A DNA stretch of 64,000 bases from Mycobacteriales bacterium (GTDB lineage: Bacteria; Actinomycetota; Actinomycetes; Mycobacteriales; SCTD01), in the NCBI GenBank assembly GCA_046593925.1, contig JBKJQN010000061.1, positions 2,410 through 66,409 on the forward strand, written 5' to 3'. The notes beneath the pieces were generated by a model that was given only the letters and a program-made list of their open reading frames with translations, did no database searches and was not told the DNA's origin. Below, one piece after another: positions 27,165-38,367 of the stretch. The position numbers were made by a program, and so were the translations under genes. The number at the start of each line of letters is the position of its first letter. The stretch's first letter is position 1.

Positions 27165-28136
27165 ATGAAGGCGATCACCATCCCGATCCCCGGCGGCCCC
27201 GACGCGCTCGTGCTTGCCGACGTCGACGACCCGGTGGCCGGCCCCGGTGAGGTGCTCGTGGACGTCGCCGCGACCGCGGTCAACCGCGCCGACCTGATGC
27301 AGCGGATGGGGCACTACCCGCCGCCGCAGGGGGCGCCGCCCTACCCCGGCCTGGAGTGCTCGGGCACCGTCGCCGCCCTGGGGGAGGGCGTCGCGGGTTG
27401 GGCGGTCGGCGACGAGGTCTGTGCGCTGCTGGCCGGCGGCGGGTACGCGGAGCGGGTCGCCGTCCCCACGGGGCAGCTGCTCCCGGTGCCGGCCGGGCTG
27501 ACCCTCGTACAGGCTGCGGCGCTGCCGGAGGTCGCCTGCACCGTGTGGAGCAACGTGTTCATGCGGGCCGACCTGCAGCCCGGCGAGGTGCTGCTGGTGC
27601 ATGGCGGCGCCTCGGGCATCGGGACGTTGGCGGTACAGCTCGGCGCCCGGTACGGCGCGCGGGTGTTCGCGACCGTCGGGTCGGCGGCCAAGGCTGCGCG
27701 CGTACGCGAGCTGGGCGCCGAGCGCTGCGTGCTGTATCGCGACGAGGACTTCGTGGCGGTGCTGCGGGAAACCGGTGGCGCCGACGTCATCCTGGACGTG
27801 ATGGGGGCGTCGTACCTCACCCGCAACGTCGCGGCGCTGGCCGACGGTGGCCGGCTGGTGGTCATCGGGCTGCAGGGTGGCGCGAAGGCCGAGCTCGACC
27901 TGGGCGCCCTGCTCGCCAAGCGTGGCTCCGTGCACGCGACCGCCCTGCGGTCCCGGCCGGCAAGGCAGAAGGCCGCGATCGTTCAGGCGGTGCTCGCGGG
28001 GGTCTGGCCGGCGGTCGAGGCGGGCGAGGTGCGCCCGGTCGTCGACCGGGTGCTGCCGCTGGCCGAGGCCGGCGAGGCGCACCGGGTTGTCGAGGCGTCC
28101 GAGCACATCGGCAAGGTGGTCCTGCAGGTGCGCTGA
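27165..28136 (+). CDS. NAD(P)H:quinone oxidoreductase (zeta-crystallin / MDR family)
   Basis: VNRADLMQRMGHYPPP...PGLECSG...LVHGGASGIGT...SEHIGKVVL. Confidence 0.85.
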   Translation: MKAITIPIPGGPDALVLADVDDPVAGPGEVLVDVAATAVNRADLMQRMGHYPPPQGAPPYPGLECSGTVAALGEGVAGWAVGDEVCALLAGGGYAERVAVPTGQLLPVPAGLTLVQAAALPEVACTVWSNVFMRADLQPGEVLLVHGGASGIGTLAVQLGARYGARVFATVGSAAKAARVRELGAERCVLYRDEDFVAVLRETGGADVILDVMGASYLTRNVAALADGGRLVVIGLQGGAKAELDLGALLAKRGSVHATALRSRPARQKAAIVQAVLAGVWPAVEAGEVRPVVDRVLPLAEAGEAHRVVEASEHIGKVVLQVR

Positions 28137-28141
28137 CCCGG

Positions 28142-28585
28142 TCAGTCGAGCGTGGCGGGCGACACCACCCGGAAGCGGTCCTCCCGGCACAGGTCGCTCC
28201 ACGCGGCCGCGACGACGTAGCCGCGGGTGAGCGCCGACACCGACCCCAGCGGGCCGTCGGGCTCCGCCTGGAGGTAGCGGCTGGTCATCGCCGGCAGGCT
28301 GCTCGCACCCGACGGGTCGACGTGCGGCGCCGACGGCTGGCCGGGCAGCCAGTGACAGGCCAGGTCGCCCTCGGCCAGCACCAGGTCGGGGTGCGCCCGC
28401 AGGAACACGTCGTCCGTGACCTGCCGGTCGGTGGTTTCCTGCGCCGGCAGCGCGTGGCTCCGGAAGGCGGCGACGTCGCGCGGGAAGCGGTTGGCTGTCG
28501 GCGCCAGCATCACGAACAGCCCGGTCGCGACGCTCGACACGGCGACCAGCACGACACCGGCCCGGCCCGCAGCGCTCACCCGCAT
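28142..28585 (-). CDS. Hypothetical membrane-anchored protein
   Basis: Within ORF 28142..28801. ATG 28585 gives MRVSAAGRAGVVLVAVSSVATGLFVML (an N-terminal TM helix) plus a soluble domain with two Cys. No family recognised. Confidence 0.5.
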   Translation of the reverse strand: MRVSAAGRAGVVLVAVSSVATGLFVMLAPTANRFPRDVAAFRSHALPAQETTDRQVTDDVFLRAHPDLVLAEGDLACHWLPGQPSAPHVDPSGASSLPAMTSRYLQAEPDGPLGSVSALTRGYVVAAAWSDLCREDRFRVVSPATLD

Positions 28586-28592
28586 ACGGTAA

Positions 28593-29810
<1,218 letters not shown>

Positions 29811-29820
29811 CGCCGAGCTG

Positions 29821-30999
29821 ATGGCGCACTACCGACGGGTCGGCAACGTCCCCCACAAGCGGCACACCCAGCACCGACGACCCGACGGCGGGCTGTACGC
29901 CGAGGAGCTGATGGGCGAGGAGGGCTTCTCCTCGGACTCATCGCTGCTCTACCACCGGCACCTGCCCAGTGCGCTCGTCGACGCCCGGCCGTGGGAGCTT
30001 CCGGACCAGGCCACCGTGCCCAACGAGCCGCTGTTGCCGCGCCACCTGCGTCTTCACGACCTGACGTACCGGCCGGGCGCGGACCCGGTGCGCGACCGGC
30101 GGCTGGTGCTCGCCAACGCCGATGTCCGGATCTCCTACGTCGTCGCGAGCGCGCCGAGCCCGCTGTACCGCAACGCCACCGGCGACGAGTGCCTCTTCGT
30201 CGAGGCCGGGTCCGGGGTCGTCGAGACGGTGTTCGGCCCGCTGGCGGTGCACGCCGGTGACCACGTCGTCCTGCCCCGGGCCACGACGCACCGGTGGGTG
30301 CCGGACGGCGAGCTGCGGCTGTACGCAGTCGAGGCGAACGGCCACATCGCCCCGCCGCACCGCTACCTCTCGCGATACGGCCAGCTGCTGGAGTCCGCGC
30401 CGTACTGCGAGCGCGACCTGCGGCCACCCGCCGACCTGGTGACCGTCGAGGAGCGCGACGTCGAGGTGTACGTCAAGCACCGGGGCAGCCGCGGGCTGAC
30501 CGGCACGGTGCACGTGCTGCCGGAGCACCCGTTCGATCTGGTCGGCTGGGACGGCTGCCTCTACCCGTACGCCTTCGACGTCGCGGACTTCGAGCCGATC
30601 ACCGGGCGGGTGCACCAGCCGCCACCGGTGCACCAGGTGTTCGAGGGGCCCGGCTTCGTGCTCTGCGCCTTCGTCCCGCGCAAGGTCGACTACCACCCGC
30701 TGGCCGTGCCGGTGCCGTACTACCACTCCAACGTCGACAGCGACGAGGTGATGTTCTACGTCGCCGGCGACTACGAGGCCCGCCGCGGCTCCGGGATCGG
30801 CCGGGGCTCGGTGTCGCTGCACCCGGGTGGGCACAGCCACGGGCCACAGCCCGGCGCGGTCGAGGCGACGCTCGGGGCGGAGCGGTTCGATGAGCTGGCC
30901 ATCATGGTCGACACCTTCCGGCCGCTGGAGCTGGGTGCAGCCGGTACGGCCTGTGACGACGGCGTGTACGCCTGGTCCTGGGCCGGCGGCCGGCGTTGA
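29821..30999 (+). CDS. hmgA: Homogentisate 1,2-dioxygenase (short bacterial type)
   Basis: HKRHTQHRRPDGGLYAEELMGEEGFSSDSSLLYHRHLP...VPYYHSNVDSDEVMFY...SLHPGGHSHGP. Sits between hppD and fahA. Confidence 0.85.
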   Translation: MAHYRRVGNVPHKRHTQHRRPDGGLYAEELMGEEGFSSDSSLLYHRHLPSALVDARPWELPDQATVPNEPLLPRHLRLHDLTYRPGADPVRDRRLVLANADVRISYVVASAPSPLYRNATGDECLFVEAGSGVVETVFGPLAVHAGDHVVLPRATTHRWVPDGELRLYAVEANGHIAPPHRYLSRYGQLLESAPYCERDLRPPADLVTVEERDVEVYVKHRGSRGLTGTVHVLPEHPFDLVGWDGCLYPYAFDVADFEPITGRVHQPPPVHQVFEGPGFVLCAFVPRKVDYHPLAVPVPYYHSNVDSDEVMFYVAGDYEARRGSGIGRGSVSLHPGGHSHGPQPGAVEATLGAERFDELAIMVDTFRPLELGAAGTACDDGVYAWSWAGGRR

Positions 31000-32135
31000 G
31001 CGGGTACGGCTCGTTCAGCAGCGGCCGGCATGCCGGCCGGCGGGTCGGCGTGCGGGTCGGCGCCGAGGTGCTCGACCTGACCGGGGCGGCCGCCCGGCTG
31101 CTGCCGCAGCGGGCGACGCTGTTCGCCAACGGGACCCTGGACGCCCTGCTGGCGGCCGGGCCGGCGGTCTGGGCGGAGGTGGCCGCGGCGGTGGCCGGCT
31201 GGGTCGAGCGCGGGTCGGAGCACCTGCTGCCGCTCGCCGACGTCGGCATGCACCTGCCGTACACGGTCGCCGACTACGTCGACTTCTACTCCAGCGAGCA
31301 CCACGCAACCCTCGTCGGTCAGCTCATGCGGCCGGGGACCGATCCGCTGCCGGCCAACTGGAAGCACCTGCCGGTCGGCTACCACGGGCGCGCCGGCACG
31401 GTCGTCGTGTCCGGTACGCCCATCGTGCGGCCGTCGGGTCAAGTCCGGTCTGACGGCGAGGTGGTCTTCGGCCCGACGGCCCGGCTCGACCTCGAGGCTG
31501 AGGTCGGGTTCGTGGTCGGGGTGCCCGCCACCGGCCCGGTGCCCAAGGAGCGCTTCGCCGAGCACGTCTTCGGGGTCTGCCTGGTCAACGACTGGTCGGC
31601 CCGTGACGTCCAGGGCTGGGAGTCGCTCCCGCTCGGGCCGTTCCTGGGCAAGTCCTTCGCGACCTCGGTCTCGCCGTGGGTGGTGCCGCTGGCCGACCTC
31701 GACCCTGCCCGCGTCCCGCCGCCGCCCCGCGACACCCCCCTGCTGCCCTACCTCGACGACGCCAGCGACCCGCCGTGGGGGCTGGACCTGGCACTGTCGT
31801 TGAGGATCAACGGCCACGAGGTGTCCCGGCCGCCGCTGCGTACGACGTACTGGACGGGCGCCCAGCAGCTCGCGCACCTGACCGTCAACGGCGCGACCCT
31901 GCGCACCGGTGACCTGTACGCCTCCGGGACCGTCAGCGGCCCGGCGAGCGACGAGCGCGGCTGCCTCCTCGAGCTGACCAAGGCCGGCACGGAGCCGCTG
32001 GCGCTGCCGGACGGGACGACCCGCGCGTGGCTCGAGGACGGCGACGAGGTCGTGATCACCGCGACCGCGCCGGGATCCAGCGGCACCGTGGTCGATCTCG
32101 GCGAGGTACGTGGCCGGGTGCTGCCGGCGCCCTGA
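30996..32135 (+). CDS. fahA: Fumarylacetoacetase
   Basis: The TTG start overlaps the hmgA stop. Motifs: DYVDFYSSEHHATLVG...LDLEAEVGFVVG...LVNDWSARDVQGWE..PLGPFLGKSFATSVSPWVVPL. Confidence 0.88.
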   Translation: MSGYGSFSSGRHAGRRVGVRVGAEVLDLTGAAARLLPQRATLFANGTLDALLAAGPAVWAEVAAAVAGWVERGSEHLLPLADVGMHLPYTVADYVDFYSSEHHATLVGQLMRPGTDPLPANWKHLPVGYHGRAGTVVVSGTPIVRPSGQVRSDGEVVFGPTARLDLEAEVGFVVGVPATGPVPKERFAEHVFGVCLVNDWSARDVQGWESLPLGPFLGKSFATSVSPWVVPLADLDPARVPPPPRDTPLLPYLDDASDPPWGLDLALSLRINGHEVSRPPLRTTYWTGAQQLAHLTVNGATLRTGDLYASGTVSGPASDERGCLLELTKAGTEPLALPDGTTRAWLEDGDEVVITATAPGSSGTVVDLGEVRGRVLPAP

Positions 32136-32159
32136 GCCAGACCGCCGGCGACAGGAGGG

Positions 32160-32993
32160 TCAGCCGGCGAGAAAGCCGAGCAGCGCGGTGTTGAACTCCT
32201 GCGCGTGCGAGGCGTTGATGCCGTGCGGGCCGCCGGTGATGACGTGCAGCTGCGCGCCCTTGATGAGCTCGGCGGAGCGCTTGCCACTGACCTCGAACGG
32301 CACGACTCCGTCGCTGTCGCCGTGGATGACCAGCGTCGGCACGGTGACCTTCTCGAGGTCGCCGCGGAAGTCGGTACGGCCGAAGGCGGCGATGCAGTCC
32401 AGGGTGCCCTTCGGCGAGGCGATCGCGGCGATGGACAGGGCGTACACCCGCTGCGGCTCGCTGACCTTGATCTGGTCACCGGCGGTGAAGAAACCGGTCG
32501 CGAAGCCGTCGAGGAACGCCGGCCGGTCGCCCTTCACGCCCGCCTCGAAGCCGGCGATGGCCTCGTCGTTGAGCCCGCCATCGGGGTTGTCGTCGCTCCT
32601 GAACAGGAACGGCGGCACGGCCGAGGCGAGCACCGCCTTGGCGACCCGGGTGGTGCCGTACGTGGCGATGTAGCGCACCACCTCGCCGCCGCCCATCGAG
32701 AAGCCGACCAGCGTCGCGCCGGTCAGGTCCAGGGTGGTCATCAGCACGTCGAGGTCGGCCGCGAATGTGTCGTAGTCGTAGCCGCTCCACGGCTGCGAGG
32801 ACTCGCCGAAGCCGCGGCGGTCGTAGGTGATGACGCGGTGGCCGGCCTCGACGAGGGCGGGCACCTGCGCCTCCCAGGAACGGCCCGACAGCGGCCAGCC
32901 GTGGATCAGCACGACGGGGGCGCCGGTCCCCTGGTCGGTGTAGTTGAGCTCGACGGGGTGGCCGTTCTCGGTACCAACAGTGATCTTCGTCAT
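32160..32993 (-). CDS. Alpha/beta hydrolase (non-haem haloperoxidase / arylesterase family)
   Basis: Within ORF 32160..33647. ATG 32993 follows GTGGAGGAA. Motifs: VVLIHGWPLSGRSWE, GFSMGGGEV, IHGDSD, GGPHG. Confidence 0.88.
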   Translation of the reverse strand: MTKITVGTENGHPVELNYTDQGTGAPVVLIHGWPLSGRSWEAQVPALVEAGHRVITYDRRGFGESSQPWSGYDYDTFAADLDVLMTTLDLTGATLVGFSMGGGEVVRYIATYGTTRVAKAVLASAVPPFLFRSDDNPDGGLNDEAIAGFEAGVKGDRPAFLDGFATGFFTAGDQIKVSEPQRVYALSIAAIASPKGTLDCIAAFGRTDFRGDLEKVTVPTLVIHGDSDGVVPFEVSGKRSAELIKGAQLHVITGGPHGINASHAQEFNTALLGFLAG

Positions 32994-33114
32994 GGGTTCC
33001 TCCACGGGGTCGGGGTGTGAGGTGCTGCCTGCCGGTGCAGCTGGTGGTGGCTCACGAGACCTTCCCGTGACACCGCGCCCCACACGTGTCGGTGCCCCGC
33101 CGTACGGTCGTGCG

Positions 33115-34308
33115 GTGACCTCCAGACCCGGAACGGGCCGGCTGACCGGGCTGGTGGTGGGGGGTGCCGGTGCCCGGGGGGCGTACGAGGCCGGGGCGCT
33201 GTCCGTGCTGGTGCCCCGGCTGGCGGCCGACGACGGTGTGCCCCCGATCATGGTCGGCACCAGCGCCGGCGCGCTCAACGTCGTCGGGCTCGCGGGCCTG
33301 CTGCACCTGGGCGTCAACGCCGCGCTCGACGCTCTCGTGGCGCTGTGGGGCGCCGTCCGGCTGGGCGACGTCGTCGATGTGGCCGGCACCCTTGCGGGGG
33401 GTCTGTCGTACGCCGGGCGGGTGGTCGGGCTGCCGACCCGGCTGCCGAGCCTGCTGGACACCTCGCCGCAGCGCGCGACCCTCGAGCGACTGCTCGACCT
33501 CGACCGGGTGCACGAGGCCGTCCGCAGCGGGCCGGTCGATGCGCTCGCCGTCGTCACGACGTCGGTGCACACCGGCGGCACGGTCGTCTTCGTCGAGCGC
33601 AAGCAAGGGGTCGCGCTGCCGCCGCCGGACGCCGACCGGGCGATCACCTACGTCGACACCGAGCTCACCGTCGAGCACGTGCTGGCGTCCGCTGCCGTCC
33701 CCGCGGCGTTCGCACCGGTCCTTGTCACGACCCCGGCCGCCTGGGCGGGCTGGTACGTCGACGGCGGGCTGCGCCTCAACGTCCCGCTCAAGCCCGCGCT
33801 GGACCTCGGCGCCGAACGGCTCGGCGTCGTCTCGACCCAGCCCTCCTCGTACGGCACGCAAGCACCCGGTCCGGTCGGCCGAACACCCGATGTCCAGCCC
33901 CCCGACGTCGCGGCCGTGGCGGCCCTGGCGCTGCGGTCGCTGCTCGCCGACCGGATGGTCGAGGACCTGCGGGTGCTGTCCACGGTCAACCGGCTGGTGG
34001 CTGCCGGGGCCACCGGCACCGGCGACCGCGAGGTGCCGTTCATGTTCGCCGGGCCAGGGCCGGGCCAGGGACGCGACCTGGCTCGGCTCGCGTCGACGTC
34101 CTACCGCGAGGCGTACGGCGGGGCCAAGGCGCTCCGGCAGCCGGCGCTCGCCGTCCTGGAGCGCCTGCTGGGCGGCTCCTCCGACGACAACGGCGAGCTG
34201 CTCAGCTACCTGTTCTTCGACCCGGCGTTCACCGTGGCGGCTGCCGCGCTCGGGGCAGCGCAGGCGAGCGCTGCCGGGCCGGGCTGGCGCACCAACAGCC
34301 GGGCCTGA
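33115..34308 (+). CDS. Patatin-like phospholipase
   Basis: Within ORF 32944..34308, GTG 33115. Motifs: GGAGARGAYEAG (oxyanion), GTSAG (GxSxG), YVDGG (Asp of the dyad). Confidence 0.85.
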   Translation: MTSRPGTGRLTGLVVGGAGARGAYEAGALSVLVPRLAADDGVPPIMVGTSAGALNVVGLAGLLHLGVNAALDALVALWGAVRLGDVVDVAGTLAGGLSYAGRVVGLPTRLPSLLDTSPQRATLERLLDLDRVHEAVRSGPVDALAVVTTSVHTGGTVVFVERKQGVALPPPDADRAITYVDTELTVEHVLASAAVPAAFAPVLVTTPAAWAGWYVDGGLRLNVPLKPALDLGAERLGVVSTQPSSYGTQAPGPVGRTPDVQPPDVAAVAALALRSLLADRMVEDLRVLSTVNRLVAAGATGTGDREVPFMFAGPGPGQGRDLARLASTSYREAYGGAKALRQPALAVLERLLGGSSDDNGELLSYLFFDPAFTVAAAALGAAQASAAGPGWRTNSRA

Positions 34309-34333
34309 GCCGAGCTCGGGGACCGACAGCGGC

Positions 34334-35770
34334 TCAGGCGTCGATCGCGCTCATCACGTGCTTGACGCGGGTGTAGTCCTCGAACCCGTACATCGACAGG
34401 TCCTTGCCGTAGCCGGAGGAGCCGAAGCCGCCGTGCGGCATCTCGGCGACCAGCGGGATGTGCGTGTTGATCCACACGCAGCCGAAGTCCATCGCCCGGG
34501 CCATCCGCATCGCCCGGCCGTGGTCGCGGGTCCAGACACTGGACGCTAGGCCGTATCGGCTGGCGTTGGCCCAGCGCAGCGCCTCGGCCTCGTCGGTGAA
34601 CTGCTGGACCGTGATGACCGGCCCGAAGATCTCGTCGGTGACGATCTCGTCGCCCTGAACCAGCCCGCCGACGACGGTCGGCTCGTAGAAGTAGCCGGCC
34701 GTCCCCTGCCGGGCGCCACCGGTGGTGACCGTCGCATGGTCCGGCAGCCGGTCCACGAAACCGCCGACCCGGGACAGCTGGCCGGCGTTGTTGAGCGGCC
34801 CGTACAGCACGTCCTCGTCGTCCGGCATCCCGGTGCGGGTCTGCCGGGCCTGCTCGGTCAGCGCGTCGAGCAGGTCCTGGTGCACCCGCGGGCCGGCCAG
34901 CACCCGGGTTGCCGCGGTGCAGTCCTGGCCGCCGTTGAAGTAGCCGGCCATCGCGATCGCCTCGGCGGCCGCCGCGATGTCGGCGTCGTCGAACACCACG
35001 ACCGGCGCCTTGCCGCCGAGCTCCAGGTGCACCCGCTTGACCTGGCGGGACGCTCTCTCGGCGACCGCCATCCCCGCCCGCACCGAGCCGGTGATCGACA
35101 CCATCGCCGGCACCTCGTCGTCGACCAACAGCGCGCCGGTGTCACGGTCGCCGCAGACCACGTTGAACACCCCCGGCGGCAGGAACTCCGCCGCGATCTC
35201 GGCGAGCAGCGCGGTGGTGACCGGCGTCGTGTCGCTGGGCTTGAGCACGACGGTGTTGCCGGCCGCGAGCGCCGGCGCAAACTTCCAGACAGCCATCATC
35301 ATCGGATAGTTCCAGGGCGTGACCTGGGCGCACACCCCGATCGGCTCACGTCGTACGAAGGACGTGTGTCCGGCGAGGTACTCCCCTGCAGAACGGCCCT
35401 CGAGCACCCGGGCGGCGCCGGCGAAGAACCGGATCTGGTCGACCATCGGCGGCACCTCCTCACTCGCTGTCAGCGCCAATGGCTTGCCGGTGTTGCGGCT
35501 CTCGGCGGCGACCAGCTCCTGCGAACGGGCCTCGATGGCGTCGGCGATCCGCAGCAGCGCCAGCTGCCGCTCCGACGGTGTCGTCCACCGCCAGGTCTCG
35601 AACGCACGGCCCGCCGCGGCGGTCGCCGCCGCGACGTCAGAGGCGCCCGACAGCGCCGCCGTTCCGTACGCCGTGCCGGTGGTCGGGTCGATCAGCTCGG
35701 TGGTGCGGCCGTCGGCGGTCCCGACCCGCTTGCCGTCGACAAGATTCTGGACCTCGACCGACCCGCTCAC
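34334..35770 (-). CDS. NAD-dependent aldehyde dehydrogenase (aminobutyraldehyde dehydrogenase-like)
   Basis: 478 aa. Motifs: [30 protein letters not shown]. Confidence 0.88.
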   Translation of the reverse strand: MSGSVEVQNLVDGKRVGTADGRTTELIDPTTGTAYGTAALSGASDVAAATAAAGRAFETWRWTTPSERQLALLRIADAIEARSQELVAAESRNTGKPLALTASEEVPPMVDQIRFFAGAARVLEGRSAGEYLAGHTSFVRREPIGVCAQVTPWNYPMMMAVWKFAPALAAGNTVVLKPSDTTPVTTALLAEIAAEFLPPGVFNVVCGDRDTGALLVDDEVPAMVSITGSVRAGMAVAERASRQVKRVHLELGGKAPVVVFDDADIAAAAEAIAMAGYFNGGQDCTAATRVLAGPRVHQDLLDALTEQARQTRTGMPDDEDVLYGPLNNAGQLSRVGGFVDRLPDHATVTTGGARQGTAGYFYEPTVVGGLVQGDEIVTDEIFGPVITVQQFTDEAEALRWANASRYGLASSVWTRDHGRAMRMARAMDFGCVWINTHIPLVAEMPHGGFGSSGYGKDLSMYGFEDYTRVKHVMSAIDA

Positions 35771-37182
35771 AGCTTGGTCCAGGCGGTCGTCAGGACGCTG
35801 CGCAGGATCGACTCGATCTCATCGAAGTGGCGCTGGTCGCAGCCCAGCGGCGGGGCGAGCTGCACGACCGGGTCACCGCGGTCGTCGGCCCGGCAGTACA
35901 GCCCCCCGTCGAACAGCGCCTTGGACAGGAACCCGCGCAGCAGCCGCTCGGACTCGTCGTCGTCGAAGGTCTGCTTGGTGGCCTTGTCCTTGACCAGCTC
36001 GATGCCGTAGAAGTAGCCGTCGCCGCGCACGTCGCCGACGATCGGCAGGTCGAGCAGCCGCTCCAGGGTGGTCCGGAACGCCTTCTCGTTGTCCAGGACG
36101 TTCTGGTTCAGCTGCTCACGGTCGAAGATGTCGAGGTTGGCCATCGCGACAGCCGCCGACACCGGGTGGCCGCCGAAGGTGTAGCCGTGCGCGAAGTAGT
36201 CGGTGCCGGTCTTGAACGGCTCGAAGAGCCGGTCACTGGCGATCATCGCCCCGATCGGCGAGTAGCCCGACGTCATCCCCTTCGCGCAGGTGATGATGTC
36301 AGGGATGTAGTCGAGCTTGTCGCAGGCGAACGTCGTGCCCAGCCGGCCGAAGGCGCAGATGACCTCGTCGGAGACCAGCAGCACGTCGTGCCGGTCGCAG
36401 ATCTCGCGCAGCCGCGCGAAGTAGCCCGGCGGCGGTGGGAAGCAGCCGCCGGAGTTCTGGACCGGCTCGACGAAGACGGCCGCGACGGTGTCGGGCCCCT
36501 CCATCTCGATCGCGATCTCGATCTGGTCGGCGGCCCACCGGCCGAACGCCTCGAGATCGTCGCCGTGCTCGGGCGCCCGGTAGAAGTTGGTGTTGGCAGC
36601 CTTGTGCGCGCCAGGCACCAGCGGCTCGAACCACTTCTTGGCGTCCGGGATGCCGGTGATCGACAGCGCCCCCTGCGGGGTGCCGTGGTACGCCACTGCC
36701 CTGCTGATGACCTTGTGCTTCATCGGCTTGCCGGTCAGCTTGAAGTACTGCTTGGCCAGCTTCCAGGCACTCTCCACCGCCTCGCCGCCGCCGGTGGTGA
36801 AGAAGACCCGATTGAGGTCACCGGGCGTCAGCGAGGCCAGCCGCTCGGCGAGCTGCACGGCCTCCGGGTGCGCGTACGACCACAGCGGGAAGAAGGCGAG
36901 CTCACCGGCTTGCTTGGCGGCGGCGTGGGCGAGCTCGCGGCGGCCGTGGCCGGCCTGTACGACGAACAGCCCGGACAGCCCGTCGAGGTAGCGCCGGCCC
37001 CGGTCGTCCCAGATGTAGGCGCCCTCGCCCCTGGTGATGACCGGCACCGAGCCGCCCTGCTCGTAGGTCGAGTGCCGCGTGAAGTGCATCCACAGGTGGT
37101 CGCGGGCGGACGCGGCGAGGGCGCTCTCGGGCAGTCGTTGATAGCCAGCCGTCGGCGGGCCTTCCTGCGGGGCAATGGTCAT
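35767..37182 (-). CDS. Class III (omega) aminotransferase, putrescine/beta-alanine:pyruvate type
   Basis: Within ORF 35767..37998. ATG 37182 overlaps the ald stop (ATGA), and its stop overlaps the ALDH start. Motifs: [54 protein letters not shown]. Confidence 0.88.
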   Translation of the reverse strand: MTIAPQEGPPTAGYQRLPESALAASARDHLWMHFTRHSTYEQGGSVPVITRGEGAYIWDDRGRRYLDGLSGLFVVQAGHGRRELAHAAAKQAGELAFFPLWSYAHPEAVQLAERLASLTPGDLNRVFFTTGGGEAVESAWKLAKQYFKLTGKPMKHKVISRAVAYHGTPQGALSITGIPDAKKWFEPLVPGAHKAANTNFYRAPEHGDDLEAFGRWAADQIEIAIEMEGPDTVAAVFVEPVQNSGGCFPPPPGYFARLREICDRHDVLLVSDEVICAFGRLGTTFACDKLDYIPDIITCAKGMTSGYSPIGAMIASDRLFEPFKTGTDYFAHGYTFGGHPVSAAVAMANLDIFDREQLNQNVLDNEKAFRTTLERLLDLPIVGDVRGDGYFYGIELVKDKATKQTFDDDESERLLRGFLSKALFDGGLYCRADDRGDPVVQLAPPLGCDQRHFDEIESILRSVLTTAWTKL

Positions 37183-38303
37183 GCGGCGCCTCCCAGGACG
37201 TCGGACAGCGGGGTCACGGGCAGGCCGTGCGCCTCGGCGACGGGCGCCGAGACGAGCTCCCCGCCGGTGGCGGACAACCCGGCGGCGAGCGTCGGGTCGG
37301 CCGCGCAGGCGCCCCGCCAGCCGTGGTCGGCGAGCGCGAGCACGTACGGCAGCGTGACGTTGGTCAGCGCGTAGGTGGAAGTGTGCGGGACCGCGCCCGG
37401 CATGTTGGCCACGCAGTAGAACGTCGACGCGTGCACCCGGAACACCGGGTCGTCGTGCGTCGTCGGCCGGGTGTCCTCGAAGCAGCCGCCCTGGTCGACC
37501 GAGATGTCGACCAGCACCGAACCGGGCTTCATCCTGCTGACCAGGGCGTTGCTCACCAGCACCGGGGCCTTTGCGCCGGCGACGAGAACCGCCCCGATGA
37601 CCAGGTCGGCGTCGAGCACCGCGCGCTCGACCTCGAAGCCGTTGCTGGCGATGGTCTGCATGTGGCCCTGGTAGATGCGGTCGACCTCGCGAAGCCGGGC
37701 GACGTTCCGGTCCAGCAGCAGCACTTCGGCCTGCATGCCGAGCGCAATCGCGGCGGCGTTCATCCCGGAGACGCCGGCGCCGAGGACCACGACCTTCGCG
37801 GCGTACACGCCGGACACGCCGCCCATCAGTACCCCGCGGCCGCCCTGCGCGCGCTCCAGGAAGTGAGCCCCGGCCTGCGGCGCCATCCGGCCGGCGACCT
37901 CCGACATCGGGGCCAGCAGCGGGAGCGAGCCGTCGGGCAGCTGCACCGTCTCGTACGCGATGGCGGTGGTCCCGCTGGACAGGATGGCGTCGGTGCACGG
38001 CCGGGACGCCGCCAGGTGCAGGTAGGTGAACAGCACCTGGTCGGGCCGCATCCGCTCGTACTCGTCCGCGATCGGCTCCTTGACCTTGAGCACCAGCTCG
38101 GCGGTGCCCCAGACGTCGTCGGCGCTGTCGACGACCTTCGCGCCGGCAGCGGCGTAGTCCTCGTCCGGGATCGAGGAGCCCAGGCCGGCGCCACGCTGCA
38201 CGGCGACCTCGTGGCCGTGCACCACCAGCTCGTGCACCCCGGACGGGGTGACCGCGACCCGGTACTCGTGGTTCTTGACCTCGCTCGGGACGCCGACCCG
38301 CAT
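37179..38303 (-). CDS. ald: L-alanine dehydrogenase
   Basis: [23 protein letters not shown]...[14 protein letters not shown]...[11 protein letters not shown]. Confidence 0.92.
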   Translation of the reverse strand: MRVGVPSEVKNHEYRVAVTPSGVHELVVHGHEVAVQRGAGLGSSIPDEDYAAAGAKVVDSADDVWGTAELVLKVKEPIADEYERMRPDQVLFTYLHLAASRPCTDAILSSGTTAIAYETVQLPDGSLPLLAPMSEVAGRMAPQAGAHFLERAQGGRGVLMGGVSGVYAAKVVVLGAGVSGMNAAAIALGMQAEVLLLDRNVARLREVDRIYQGHMQTIASNGFEVERAVLDADLVIGAVLVAGAKAPVLVSNALVSRMKPGSVLVDISVDQGGCFEDTRPTTHDDPVFRVHASTFYCVANMPGAVPHTSTYALTNVTLPYVLALADHGWRGACAADPTLAAGLSATGGELVSAPVAEAHGLPVTPLSDVLGGAA

Positions 38304-38346
38304 GACCTGGTGCTCCTCGCTCGTTGGGCTGGTGACCTACTGTGCG

Positions 38347-38367
38347 TGACGACGATCACCGTCGTCA
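38347..38367 (-). terminator. Hairpin TGACGACG-atcac-CGTCGTCA overlapping the permease stop codon (terminator or operator upstream of ald)
   Basis: Perfect 8-bp inverted repeat read directly. No U-tract. Confidence 0.3.

Noticed and set aside
32994-33647. Long N-terminal extensions of ORFs 32160..33647, 35767..37998, 38395..40581, 40487..43201 and 43538..44929
   Set aside because: In each case homology-like sequence starts at an internal ATG or GTG with an RBS or a stop/start overlap. The upstream part overlaps a neighbouring real gene on the other strand or in another frame.
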